From positions 8,783-72,782 of the IMG/VR virus record IMGVR_UViG_3300021124_000003: 64,000 bases of DNA; one strand, 5' to 3'. A program made the position numbers and the translations under genes. The stretch is from a virus (lineage: Duplodnaviria > Caudoviricetes). Positions within the stretch are counted from its first letter, which is position 1; the number at the start of each line of letters is the position of its first letter. A model generated the notes under the pieces. The model had not been told where the DNA came from, searched no databases, and was given only the letters and a program-made list of their open reading frames with translations. Positions 36,579 through 46,467 of this stretch are shown here, piece after piece.

Positions 36579-37382
36579 TCAGCCGAAGTTGCTGGTAGCG
36601 GTGAGCAGCGCATTGACGTCAATCGCCGACACGATACCGAGCTTGAGCGTCACCTGCGAGACCGCATCGGCGACGAGGAACTGCACGGCCGTCTTCGCGA
36701 AGTTGAGCGCGCAGTGGCCCGACACGATGTTTGCGAGGATCGTGCCGACAGGATCGATCTTGGCGGCACCAGTGACCGTACCAAGCGTTACGTTGCACTC
36801 CATGAGCGAGACCGCGCCGGAAGCGAGAAGCTGGCCAGCAGCCGTGGGCAGCGTGAGGATGCCAGTTCCGGGGACGACCGGGAACGTTCCGACGAAGACG
36901 TCCTGCTTCTCGGGGAGGTACATCACGTCGACAGCAGTCCAAGCGTCCGCCGAAGCGAAGGCGAGGTCGCCGTTGGGGGCGATGGCGACATGGCCCGCAG
37001 CCGGAGCGACGAAGGCGACGCCTGTCGCGAGCGCAGCCGTGACCGAGAGCGGGCCGACCGTGCCGGATCCAGCACGAGCGTAGGCAGCGAGGATACCGCC
37101 AGGGGCCACCGGGAAGGACGCGGTGCCGCCCGGGGTTGCCATGCACTTCGCATCATCAGGGAGAACGATGGTCTGCGTCGATGAAACCTGCGGGCAAAGC
37201 TGCCCAAGGCTGTTCGGAACCGTCGCCGAAGGGGTCGTAGGCACGCCGTTGCGAACCCAGGTCGGAAGGGCGCGAATGACGTCACCGAAGCCCATGGCTC
37301 GGAGAGCGTCCATCATGGTGTTGAGGTCAGCGCGATCGAGCGCAACCTTCAGTGAGTTCGGCTGGATCGAACTGATCGTCAT
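36579..37382 (-). CDS. Head structural/decoration protein
   Basis: A/G/T/V-rich with strong codon bias, in head module. Confidence 0.6.
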   Translation of the reverse strand: MTISSIQPNSLKVALDRADLNTMMDALRAMGFGDVIRALPTWVRNGVPTTPSATVPNSLGQLCPQVSSTQTIVLPDDAKCMATPGGTASFPVAPGGILAAYARAGSGTVGPLSVTAALATGVAFVAPAAGHVAIAPNGDLAFASADAWTAVDVMYLPEKQDVFVGTFPVVPGTGILTLPTAAGQLLASGAVSLMECNVTLGTVTGAAKIDPVGTILANIVSGHCALNFAKTAVQFLVADAVSQVTLKLGIVSAIDVNALLTATSNFG

Positions 37383-37419
37383 TGTCTGGATCTCCTACGT
37401 GTCTCTGTTGAACCTGAAG

Positions 37420-37851
37420 TTAGCTGTTGCCGTAGGCGGAGTATTCCACCTGACCGGCGCCCTGACATTCTAGCAGCGTGAGCGGAAGTGCCGGCTGGAA
37501 CTCTAGCACCAACATCCCCTGCACCGGAATTGTTGACGTGTAGATCACTGTTGTTGTTGCAACTGTGGTGAACGTCAACCGAAACAGCATCGGTACGAGG
37601 GTGTGCAGTACAAGCGTGTGTGCCTGTGTGACCTGCCCAATACCCGTTGGGTTTGTGATCCCAGGGAGCGTCACAAACGCCGACGGGGAATTGACGTTGA
37701 TCGAGGCGTCCCCGGTCGTTACCGCGAAAGGCTTATTCTCTGGGAGAAGCGTAATCGGAACGTTGCTCGTGCCGGTCGGCAAACCCCCAGCGTCTCCCGC
37801 GTTGCACGGGCCAGCGAGTAGCGCGCCGGTAAGGTTTACAGAGATAGGCAC
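37420..37851 (-). CDS. Head-module structural protein
   Basis: Beta-rich, in head module. Confidence 0.6.
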   Translation of the reverse strand: MPISVNLTGALLAGPCNAGDAGGLPTGTSNVPITLLPENKPFAVTTGDASINVNSPSAFVTLPGITNPTGIGQVTQAHTLVLHTLVPMLFRLTFTTVATTTVIYTSTIPVQGMLVLEFQPALPLTLLECQGAGQVEYSAYGNS

Positions 37852-37858
37852 GATCAGC

Positions 37859-38197
37859 TCAGCGCATGCCCTTGAAGGGGGCCTTAACGCTGCCTACACG
37901 CATGGCGGGGCCGGCGATCTTGGCGCTGACGGGAGTGGGGTCAGCTTTGAGAACCTTACCGCCCATGGTCTTGGGGATCTCCTGGGGGTTCGCGCCGTTG
38001 TCGCCGGACTTCTGCGGGCGGTTCTCCTTGGTGAAGTCACGCGGGGGAGTCCCGTCCTCGCCGCTGTGCGGCTCTGTCAAGAAGTCGTGCCCGCCGCTTA
38101 CGTTCGATCCGCCCATGGTGTTACCTCGATGGTTTCCGAAAGGGGAAACCTTGCCGGCTTCACCCGAGCCCAGAACAGTGCCCTCTTTGTTGCTCAT
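37859..38197 (-). CDS. Small disordered G/K/P-rich protein
   Basis: GGAGG RBS; ends KAPFKGMR. Confidence 0.65.
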   Translation of the reverse strand: MSNKEGTVLGSGEAGKVSPFGNHRGNTMGGSNVSGGHDFLTEPHSGEDGTPPRDFTKENRPQKSGDNGANPQEIPKTMGGKVLKADPTPVSAKIAGPAMRVGSVKAPFKGMR

Positions 38198-38230
38198 CGT
38201 ATCCTCCATGCAATCCTAGCACGACTTCCG

Positions 38231-38467
38231 TCAGTGCAGACCCTTGAAAGGGAGGCATGCCGGAGGAGATTCCGCAGTTTTCTGGTCCGGCTTCGGCCAA
38301 GGCAGGGGTGGAGACTGCGGCTTTGTCTCGTGCGTGGGTAGAGGTAGCGGATCCCCTGTGCGGTCGGACCGGAGTACAACCTTGCCGTGCGGCTCGGCTG
38401 CGGGGCCGTCAGCACTCGACACGTTCATCTTTGAGGGGACGCCCGGTTTCATGTTCTTGGCGCACAT
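38231..38467 (-). CDS. Small disordered P/K-rich protein
   Basis: Ends CLPFKGLH. Confidence 0.6.
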   Translation of the reverse strand: MCAKNMKPGVPSKMNVSSADGPAAEPHGKVVLRSDRTGDPLPLPTHETKPQSPPLPWPKPDQKTAESPPACLPFKGLH

Positions 38468-38494
38468 CTTGGTAGACCTAGCGTAGCACAGCGG

Positions 38495-40321
38495 TTACAG
38501 CGACCCCTTCGGGGTGTCCCTCGGGAGCGTTGGTGGCTTGATCGGAAACCCAGCTTCGGGTTGCTTCGCCCCAGGGGGTGCCTCTCCACCGGGAGGTCTA
38601 TTGGGGCCTGACGCCTTTGGGTCGTCGGTAACTGGTGGTGGTGCGGCGGCAGCAGCAACAGCTTGTAGGTCTTTCGTCTTCTGCGCCTGCTTGTCCTTCG
38701 ACTCCTTGGTAATCCGGTTCGTCTCGTCAGATAGGCGTTCGTCACGACCGAAATACTGCATTGTCAGCTCAGTAGCAGTCTGCGTAGACATGATCTGAGC
38801 ACCACAAGTCGCTGCAACTAGTGTCGTAACAGCGAGTTGCTGGTCTTGCGCCGTTGGCGCAAAATACGGTGGCCATTGCGGCTCGATGTCATGGCCGAGT
38901 CCAGGTGTCCTTGGTACAAGCGTTTGGGTAGGCTCCGGTTGTGTACCGTCCTCCCCTCGCTCGCCCAGATCAGTCTCAACCCTGGGAGGGAGATTGATCT
39001 CTAGGTACACCTCTGTAACACCACCGTCGTCCGAGACAACTTCCATGGGCGTTTGAGCAGCTTTCTGCGCAACCTTCACCATGTTCGTGATCATGCGCGT
39101 GATCGATGTACCGTACTGCTCGCGGAGTAGATCGCACTTACCTAGCATCGGCGCGTAGAGCGACTTCATTGCAACGCTGCTTGTGCCGCTAGCCGTGACT
39201 TGTGCCGGGTCGATCTGGGTGCACTGCGCAACTTCGAGGATGTACTTCCTCTCCGCGTCCATGAGTGCAATACCAGCTACGATCGACGTACCAGCAAGCT
39301 CCATGTACTTCGCGTCACCTTCTACTCCGACGGTCAGCGCGTTGTCGGACCCCTTCTTCACACTCATACGTGACACGAAGTCCATGTCCATCTTGAGGAC
39401 AAGGGTAGGATCTAAGTTGAGTGTTGCACCACGCACCACGACAGATGAAATCAGGTCAAGCGTATCGAACGATTCGTACAGGCCGTCGTAGTCGGGAAGA
39501 CCATCAATGTCCTTGGAAGGAACGTTCTGGATCCACTCCAAGTGGACCACGCCGTCGTTGTGCTGCACACTGGCGTCAACGTCGGGAAACCAGTTAGGCT
39601 CCTTATCAGGCTCAACGCGAACGGGGAGGAAGACAACATCGGCATCCTCGTACCAGTCTCGCCTGTACCAGTACAAAACCCTGACAAGCTTACTTGTCTT
39701 AGGATCCCACTCATCCTCGGGAAACTGGTAGCATTCCGTGACGTGCTTTGGGATCAGATTCTCCCGGTCTCTCCAAGCGTGAACGTAGAGGTACTTTGCG
39801 TTGTGGACGCACCAATACGGTTTCCCATCGAGGAAACACCAAGAGATCACGGCAGTTCCGGTAGCACCGCCAAGCTGGCGAGCCAGCATCATCTTGTTGG
39901 GGAGCTGCCCAACACGGATCATGGTATCGATGAAATCTTGTGTCTCGTCGTCTCCGGCGACCTTCAACCTAGGGAATCGGTTTTCGCCGAAGAGCATCGC
40001 AGTAAAGGCGTTAACGATGACACGGCTCAGCCGGTACGGAGCTGAGGGTCGCCGGCTGCGCAAAGGGACGTAGAACGGGGCAGACTCAGCCCCCATAAGC
40101 GGCTGTGTTTGCGCTATACCGGCGCCAGACTGGATAGCCCTTCCCTCGAAGTCCCAACGCTTGTGATCGTGCTGGGTGGAATCGTAGTACGTTTGCTTTC
40201 GGTCCAGGTCCCGGTATCTCGGTGAGTCAAGGATCCATCGGCCTGCTTTAGCGTTCGCCGTTTGATCCCCAAAAGAGGACCTACCAACGGACTGCAAGCG
40301 GTGCGGGTCGAATACAGCCAT
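38495..40321 (-). CDS. Portal protein
   Basis: 608 aa; SPP1-like portal layout (RVIVNAFTAMLFGE...; SGVAMK-like 'SSVAMKSLY'), P-rich tail. Confidence 0.8.
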   Translation of the reverse strand: MAVFDPHRLQSVGRSSFGDQTANAKAGRWILDSPRYRDLDRKQTYYDSTQHDHKRWDFEGRAIQSGAGIAQTQPLMGAESAPFYVPLRSRRPSAPYRLSRVIVNAFTAMLFGENRFPRLKVAGDDETQDFIDTMIRVGQLPNKMMLARQLGGATGTAVISWCFLDGKPYWCVHNAKYLYVHAWRDRENLIPKHVTECYQFPEDEWDPKTSKLVRVLYWYRRDWYEDADVVFLPVRVEPDKEPNWFPDVDASVQHNDGVVHLEWIQNVPSKDIDGLPDYDGLYESFDTLDLISSVVVRGATLNLDPTLVLKMDMDFVSRMSVKKGSDNALTVGVEGDAKYMELAGTSIVAGIALMDAERKYILEVAQCTQIDPAQVTASGTSSVAMKSLYAPMLGKCDLLREQYGTSITRMITNMVKVAQKAAQTPMEVVSDDGGVTEVYLEINLPPRVETDLGERGEDGTQPEPTQTLVPRTPGLGHDIEPQWPPYFAPTAQDQQLAVTTLVAATCGAQIMSTQTATELTMQYFGRDERLSDETNRITKESKDKQAQKTKDLQAVAAAAAPPPVTDDPKASGPNRPPGGEAPPGAKQPEAGFPIKPPTLPRDTPKGSL

Positions 40322-40327
40322 CGGGTA

Positions 40328-40627
40328 CTACCTCTGCGATCCGAACCGGGATTGAGCACTTCCGCGCAGCGGACCAGACCTTACGCCTGTATGCAGGAAT
40401 GGATTCGCTGCTTGAGTCGGCTGGGATAGGATCTCATGCGTTTTAGCCGTTCTGCCGGACATGTCATGCCTGGGTATCGTGTCACGCGGATTGGGCTGAT
40501 CTGGGTAAGGGCCGTCCGTAAGGGAAATAAGCTCTGACCCGATCCCGCGCAAAATCCGCGCCACAGACATTAAACGGTTACCTACTGCTCCGACTAGCGA
40601 GTTAGCTGCACGCCGTAGAAAACCCAT
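40328..40627 (-). CDS. Hypothetical protein
   Basis: Immediately upstream of portal. Confidence 0.55.
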   Translation of the reverse strand: MGFLRRAANSLVGAVGNRLMSVARILRGIGSELISLTDGPYPDQPNPRDTIPRHDMSGRTAKTHEILSQPTQAANPFLHTGVRSGPLRGSAQSRFGSQR

Positions 40628-40663
40628 ACAGCACAGTAGCACGGTGTCGCTAGGGTTGAACAG

Positions 40664-40864
40664 CTACCGTACTTCCCTGAAGGTCACGTTGCAGTACATC
40701 GCGGACGAACCACACAACCCCGTGGCCAGAATGGTCAGCGTGCCGTTGGCCCGCACGGCACCCGAACGGTCGAGCGTGGTGGGGTAGAACTGTACGGGAA
40801 CCAACGATGCTGTATCGACCGTCGAGCTACCACCTGACGTGCAGTTGCGTACGCTAGTGCCCAT
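40664..40864 (-). CDS. Small Cys-containing beta protein
   Basis: ATG 4 nt after fibre stop; MGTSVRNCTSGG... Confidence 0.4.
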   Translation of the reverse strand: MGTSVRNCTSGGSSTVDTASLVPVQFYPTTLDRSGAVRANGTLTILATGLCGSSAMYCNVTFREVR

Positions 40865-40868
40865 CGCG

Positions 40869-43800
40869 CTACCGCATCCGTTGGAGCATCGCACCCCGCG
40901 CGTTGTCGTTCGCCGGCTGCCCGTGCTCAAGTAGGGCCTCCAACCGGGCCACGCGCCTCTCCAGCGAGTCGTTGGCCGCCCGAAGGGTCAGCACCTCGGC
41001 CTGCAACCCAGACATCTCGGCACGCTCGCGCGCTAACTCGTCGGAGAGGTCGGACACGTCGGCTCGACAATCGAGCACCTGTTGCTCGACCTCTTGCACG
41101 GCACTCACGGTCGCGGCCACGAGTGGCATGGTCACGACCTGGTAGAGACCGTTGCCGCCCATGTGAACCGCTTGCGGGATGATGGGTAGCACCTCTTGTG
41201 CGATGAATCCTTCTTGCTGCTCAATGGGGTCAAACCCACTGCTAGGCTTGAAGCGCCAAAGCTTGGGGCTGAGCTGCATGAGTTCATCTATTCCAGTCTG
41301 TACCGGACCCTCAATGTTCTTTACCCGCGCGTCAGACACGGCGCACGAAATCACACCTGAAGAGTCGGTCTTAATGCCCGCCGCACAACTTATGGAGGGG
41401 ACGGACATCGACGATGCACCTAGCATGTTGACGTCGCCCGCAGCGATATAGATCGCGTGATTGGTGGTCGCACCTGACGCGGAAAAGTAACCCGCATAAT
41501 TCGTTCCGCCCGAGTTCGTGGCCCGCGCACGGGCGAATAGGCTGTACTCGGCACCGCTAGACGAGTCGGTGCCGATGTTGTCAAGATAAAGCAACCGAGA
41601 ACCACCAGTGAGCGCTGAACTGTTGGTTGTGATCGTCAACCCGAACCCGCTCGTTAGCGCGTTCGGGTTAATATCCATCCCATCACCACTGGTCGCCGCG
41701 GTGTTGACCGTCACTCCCGTTCCAGATGTCGTGTTAGGCGTGAGCGTGAGGTTCTGAGTCGTATCCCAATCGGCCGCCACCACGTTGGGGTTGGCCGTGC
41801 CCGTAAGGATACGCGCGTGACCGCCGTACGTCGTCGCAGTCGGCCCGTAGGCGTCAAACTCGCCACCCGCGGCCCCTCCACCAAAGGGTGTCGCATAGGC
41901 GCCCGTGATAGCGATCTTCGATGACGCTCCCTGCCCCTGGATTGCTTGAGCGTTCTGGTCAAAGTAGAGATTATTGCTGATCATCGTGCGGAGCTGAGTC
42001 GTTCCGCTGTACGACGATACGTTCAAATAAGACCCGCCGTTCAGTTGCACGTCGAGGGCTTTGGACGACGCAGACTGTGCGGTCGTGGTCGCGTTGACGA
42101 GCAATCCAGTAAACGTGTTCGAGGCGTTGTTGAAGGTCGGGTGAATGGACACCCCCGCTTCTCCGACGCCAGTCAACGTGCTGGCCATCGACCAGTCGCC
42201 CGCCGTACTGTTGATCGCCTTGTTCGAGCCACCGCCCGAGGCAGTAAGTGTCAAGGCATTGTTCACGCTCGTCCCGCCCCCGTGGTCCGCGTTCGTGTTG
42301 CTGATCGTCGCCGCCGTGTTGGTCACGCCGTCCGCCGCCATCGTGCCAGAGAGTGAGACGTACAGCCCCTTATCGCCCGATTGAGCGGTCGAAGTCGTGG
42401 AGAAACTGGCGAGTGTACCGGATGTCAGCGCGTTGGCCGCTATCGAATGTCCAGTTCCAGAGGTCAATCCTGCCAACGTCTGAGAGAGCGCGGTGCCCGC
42501 TGTCTGGTATGCATCCGTCTGAGACCAGTCGCCCGCCGTACTGTTGATCGCCGTATTCATTGTGGCGCCGCTCGCAGTCAGCGTTAGGGCCACGTCGGTC
42601 GTTCCCGTATCGGTGACGGAAGATGTGATCCCCGTGGTGGTTACCTGATTGATGTGCGCGCCGGACATCGACACGTATAGACCCGTCGGAGACGTGTGTG
42701 CGACTGACGTGTCCGTGATACTTACAACCTTGCCTCCGGTCAGATCGTTCACCTGTGGGGTAATCGTCAGTCCGGTGCCAGCGCCCGTTGCAGGAGCGAA
42801 CGTGCATTGCTGAGACGTGTCGCACGACAGCGACGACACCGCGCCAGCGCCGCTTTGAAGTGCAATCGCGGAGGCGGCTTTCAGAGTGAGGTTGCCCGTG
42901 GTGGTCTGCCACGTCGCAGCCGCTCCCTCGCTGATGTTGCCCGCCGCAATGCTGATCGCATTGTTGGTCGTGGCGCCGCTCGCACTGAGCTTGATCGCGT
43001 CGTTTTCCGTACCCGCGTTCGAGAGCGTCGAGTACACGCCGACGGATGTGCCCGCGCTCGTCCCACCGGACTGAGTAACGTAAAGCCCCCATGGGCTGGT
43101 TTGCTGCGTACCCGTGAATGTGATCGACTCACCGATGCCATTGGTAATCGAAGACGATGCGATGCTGTTCCCCGTGCCGCTCGTCAGACTATTGGCCGTT
43201 TGGGCGAGGCATGTCGTGGTCGTGGCCGCGCACGCCTCGGTGACGGCGCCCGTTGACAGAGCAAATGCGCCGCTCGACTGCGACATGTCAAACGACGCAT
43301 TCCCGCCGGGGAGTGCGTACACGCGACCGTGGTTGAGTTGAATGCAGTCGTTGACCGTAGTGCCGTTCGCGGCATTGCACGACAGCGCGACGTTCGAGTA
43401 CCCACCGTTGACGATTACGTTCGCGTATTCGCCGTACGTGTACGGGTTGCCCGTTCCCGCATCGCCATCCCAGGTGGATTCGATTGCGATGTTGCCAGCG
43501 CCCCCCGTCGGACCCACGTACATGTGAACACGCAGACCCTCGCCAGAGTTCACGCCAGTTGAGTGCGACGTGATGCTCTGACAATGCCCCGAGGTGAGGC
43601 CATCGCACGAAAGGCCAATGCCATCACCGCTCGTGGGAAGTGCACCACCGTCGAATACGATGGGGGGCTCGATCTGCGGACCGGCGGGCCCCGTTGCCCC
43701 AGCGGTTCCGGTAGCACCCGTTGCCCCAGCGGTTCCGGTAGCACCCGTTGCTCCAGCGGGAAACCCGCCGTCGACCGTAAGCGACCCAGCGTAGAGCGGC

Positions 43801-44117
43801 CCGCTCACCGTGAACGCCAGCGCGTTCACGGTGGAGTGCAGGAGATCCACACCAAGGACTTGCGTCCCGCTCGCGGTCTGGACCGATAGCGCTTGCGTGG
43901 AGCCGCCGCTCGCGCCCGAAGCTCCGATGAGAAGCAGTTGGGGAGTAACGGTTAGGCCCGCATCGGGCACCGAGCCCGTGGGGCCAACGAGCAGTACCGG
44001 CGTTTGGAGCGGGAAGGGGTTGCCCGCGATGGCGGCACCGAAGATTAGCGTGGGGATCGCGACCCAGGGGAGCGTGTAGACGAGCTTACGGAGAGCATTT
44101 CGAGTAGAGGTTCTCAT
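40869..44117 (-). CDS. Trimeric fibre protein with collagen-like repeat, C-terminal peptidase S74 intramolecular chaperone and N-terminal signal-peptide-like segment
   Basis: SDARVKNI...GFIAQEV...LVAATVSAVQEV plus coiled coil; (GAT)n repeats; internal AINSTAGDWS repeats. Confidence 0.85.
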   Translation of the reverse strand: MRTSTRNALRKLVYTLPWVAIPTLIFGAAIAGNPFPLQTPVLLVGPTGSVPDAGLTVTPQLLLIGASGASGGSTQALSVQTASGTQVLGVDLLHSTVNALAFTVSGPLYAGSLTVDGGFPAGATGATGTAGATGATGTAGATGPAGPQIEPPIVFDGGALPTSGDGIGLSCDGLTSGHCQSITSHSTGVNSGEGLRVHMYVGPTGGAGNIAIESTWDGDAGTGNPYTYGEYANVIVNGGYSNVALSCNAANGTTVNDCIQLNHGRVYALPGGNASFDMSQSSGAFALSTGAVTEACAATTTTCLAQTANSLTSGTGNSIASSSITNGIGESITFTGTQQTSPWGLYVTQSGGTSAGTSVGVYSTLSNAGTENDAIKLSASGATTNNAISIAAGNISEGAAATWQTTTGNLTLKAASAIALQSGAGAVSSLSCDTSQQCTFAPATGAGTGLTITPQVNDLTGGKVVSITDTSVAHTSPTGLYVSMSGAHINQVTTTGITSSVTDTGTTDVALTLTASGATMNTAINSTAGDWSQTDAYQTAGTALSQTLAGLTSGTGHSIAANALTSGTLASFSTTSTAQSGDKGLYVSLSGTMAADGVTNTAATISNTNADHGGGTSVNNALTLTASGGGSNKAINSTAGDWSMASTLTGVGEAGVSIHPTFNNASNTFTGLLVNATTTAQSASSKALDVQLNGGSYLNVSSYSGTTQLRTMISNNLYFDQNAQAIQGQGASSKIAITGAYATPFGGGAAGGEFDAYGPTATTYGGHARILTGTANPNVVAADWDTTQNLTLTPNTTSGTGVTVNTAATSGDGMDINPNALTSGFGLTITTNSSALTGGSRLLYLDNIGTDSSSGAEYSLFARARATNSGGTNYAGYFSASGATTNHAIYIAAGDVNMLGASSMSVPSISCAAGIKTDSSGVISCAVSDARVKNIEGPVQTGIDELMQLSPKLWRFKPSSGFDPIEQQEGFIAQEVLPIIPQAVHMGGNGLYQVVTMPLVAATVSAVQEVEQQVLDCRADVSDLSDELARERAEMSGLQAEVLTLRAANDSLERRVARLEALLEHGQPANDNARGAMLQRMR

Positions 44118-44127
44118 GTGTTTGCTC

Positions 44128-45030
44128 TCAGGCGACCGGGTTGGTGTCGTAACCGATCCCGACCAACGGGAAGTCGGAGATCGGCGTGTACGCGGTAAAC
44201 TTCTGTGGGGTGGAAGAGATCCCGTACGCGAGCCCGAGCGTGACCGGGATGCTCGTCACACCCTTGTCCCGGTTCCCCAGCCCATAACCGAGCGGGATCA
44301 CCCACTTGGGTACGTCGTTCGTCGCCATCGCGGTCGCCTTGTCCATGACCAACAAGTACGCGGGTGCGGTGGACGGAACCGCAACGTTCGCACAGTTGCA
44401 CTCCATCGCGCGGAAGTGCCCGGCACCCGTGAACGCGGGCGTGGGATTCGCGACCGCACCCCCGACCGCGCCGAAGATAAAAGCACTCTGAACCGGGTAA
44501 TCGGCCGCCGTGGTGACCTTGCCGCTGACAAGCCACGGGCTGGCCCCACCCGCGCCTTGCGCCACGGTGCCGATGTTCCCGCCCGTGCCCGTCCCTTCAG
44601 CAGTCAAATCGGCTGCTACAGCGAAGACATGCGCGCCGCTGGGAGCTGCCCCGGGGTCGGTAACGACGAGGCAAAGCGCCAAGCTGCCGCCGCCGGATAG
44701 CACGTTACCGTTCGGAGCTACCGTAGCAGGGAGCTGCGACACCACGTCGAAGAACGTGGCAACACCGGCAGCGATCGGGGTAGACGCTCCGATCTGGATC
44801 CAACCTGTGTGGTACTCCCAGAAGTAGAGGGCGCCTGTCAGCGAGTACGACCCACTAGGAGGTAGGTACGTGACTGCGATCCGCTGCGCCGGCCACCCAT
44901 TCGTGTCAGTGATACGTGAAAACAGGATATTATCCTGCGACGATAGCGGAGGAATAGAGGGGATCGTGTCTGACCCAAGCGCCGTTCCGCCGCCGCCCTT
45001 GTACCTGGTGAAGCTACACGGAAATTGCAT
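44128..45030 (-). CDS. Virion accessory/structural protein
   Basis: Beta-rich two-domain protein in late operon. Confidence 0.55.
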   Translation of the reverse strand: MQFPCSFTRYKGGGGTALGSDTIPSIPPLSSQDNILFSRITDTNGWPAQRIAVTYLPPSGSYSLTGALYFWEYHTGWIQIGASTPIAAGVATFFDVVSQLPATVAPNGNVLSGGGSLALCLVVTDPGAAPSGAHVFAVAADLTAEGTGTGGNIGTVAQGAGGASPWLVSGKVTTAADYPVQSAFIFGAVGGAVANPTPAFTGAGHFRAMECNCANVAVPSTAPAYLLVMDKATAMATNDVPKWVIPLGYGLGNRDKGVTSIPVTLGLAYGISSTPQKFTAYTPISDFPLVGIGYDTNPVA

Positions 45031-45044
45031 TACGATCCTCTTGG

Positions 45045-45608
45045 TTACCTAGAGACAGAGAGAGCGGCCCACTGCACCCGGAGTCCTGCCCCTTGTCCGT
45101 AGAGAGCAAACGGGTAGATACCCTCGGATCCCATTGTGATCCTACCGGACCCGGTTACGGTCCAGCCACCGGCCTTGTCAGGAGCCCGAAGTGCCCTGAA
45201 CGTCACCATAGGATCATCCGAGACTAGCCCGGCTCGGTACACGGTGGCCTGATTGCCGTCAGGCACTACCCGGAGGAACCCATCAAAACCGAGATCGGGA
45301 TTCTCTACGATACGGGAAAGAAGCTCTGGGTCCGCAGTGAGACGGATCGCCCAATGCAGCCGTGTAAGGTCCGATCGTGAGTAAATGCACATCGGGCAGA
45401 TCATGCTGGTTACCGGGGAAGGTAGCTCCCAACCGGATCCCCAGGAGCGAAAGTGATACCCACCAACACCGGACAAGCGGAACAAGTCCGGCTCGACAGG
45501 GAGAGAAACTACGCCTGTAGCGGCGAGTTGACGCGCTTTTCCCTCTTCGATCACTGCCCCTGGCCAGTACGTACCGGACGGGTCACTTACGACAACGTGC
45601 TGCTGCAT
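45045..45608 (-). CDS. Hypothetical protein (first gene of late operon)
   Basis: GGAGG RBS before MQQHVV. Confidence 0.6.
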   Translation of the reverse strand: MQQHVVVSDPSGTYWPGAVIEEGKARQLAATGVVSLPVEPDLFRLSGVGGYHFRSWGSGWELPSPVTSMICPMCIYSRSDLTRLHWAIRLTADPELLSRIVENPDLGFDGFLRVVPDGNQATVYRAGLVSDDPMVTFRALRAPDKAGGWTVTGSGRITMGSEGIYPFALYGQGAGLRVQWAALSVSR

Positions 45609-45770
45609 GGTGGTTTCGCCTCCCGTAAAGCGTAGCATAGGCGGCTGTGGGCCCGGGTGTACTGAACAGGGGTACAGCAGAAAGAAAACTAGAAAAGGCT
45701 GGATCTGGGTGGACTACCGTGCGACACTAATGTCCTGGGCGTTCCTCGGGGCAGCTAAAGGAACGACAGC

Positions 45771-46019
45771 ATGCCTGAAGTCAAGTACGACGCCGAGTAC
45801 ACCCCCGATTTCACAAAGTATCCGAAGGTGAGCCTTGCCCGGCAATACTCTGGGTCGGCCTTGGACAAGGAGCTAGTGAGCATGCTCCGTGATGCACGCG
45901 CAGACGCGGTGAGAGCTGTTCGTGCTGAGTATGCGGCGGAGCTTAGGTCACGTTACGGACGCGGGTTGCAAGCAGACGCCGTTCTGGTTGAACCAGTAGA
46001 AAGGACTTTTAGTGAGTAA
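45771..46019 (+). CDS. Hypothetical protein
   Basis: AAGGA RBS; first gene of divergent block. Confidence 0.65.
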   Translation: MPEVKYDAEYTPDFTKYPKVSLARQYSGSALDKELVSMLRDARADAVRAVRAEYAAELRSRYGRGLQADAVLVEPVERTFSE

Positions 46020-46182
46020 ACGCACACAGAGTCTTCGCACATGGCCGATATTCTTCTTCTGCGAAGAGGTCGAGCGTGAGCGGGAGATGCGCGACGCGCC
46101 AAGAGGCGGGCAGCACGTAGCGGGGTGGCTTTGCCCAATGATTCTCGCTAGCCCCCGAATTGCTGGGCAGCTTGCGGAATCA

Positions 46183-46467
46183 TTAGGCAGCCGCGTCAAT
46201 CTCCTTCCTGTGCCCGCAGTGGGGGCACGTCCCGGCGGCTGGGTACTTGCCGGCCAGCAGCTCGTCGACACCGACCTCGGCCAGACGTGCGACACGGAAC
46301 GCCATGCTGGCGCTCGGCGCTCGCTCCGTACCGATCTTTGCCAGGTACGTCGCCTTGAAGCGGAGCGCTCGTGCTAGTGGCGCCCAGCCACCGCAGCGCA
46401 TCCGAAGGAAGCGAAGGGCGGCACGCACGTTCGCCTGCTCGGCCGTGGTCAAGTCGGAGGCGTTCAC
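46183..46467 (-). CDS. HTH protein with C-terminal CPHC
   Basis: XRE-like 'LARAL...YLAKI...PSASMAFRVARLAEVGVDELL'; coupled to transposase stop. Confidence 0.75.
   Translation of the reverse strand: MNASDLTTAEQANVRAALRFLRMRCGGWAPLARALRFKATYLAKIGTERAPSASMAFRVARLAEVGVDELLAGKYPAAGTCPHCGHRKEIDAAA

Noticed and set aside
45661-45668. ACTGAACA in the divergent late/middle intergenic region, matching the motif clustered at 55.0-55.1 kb
   Set aside because: An isolated 8-mer is expected about twice by chance and also occurs inside a gene (about 28934).
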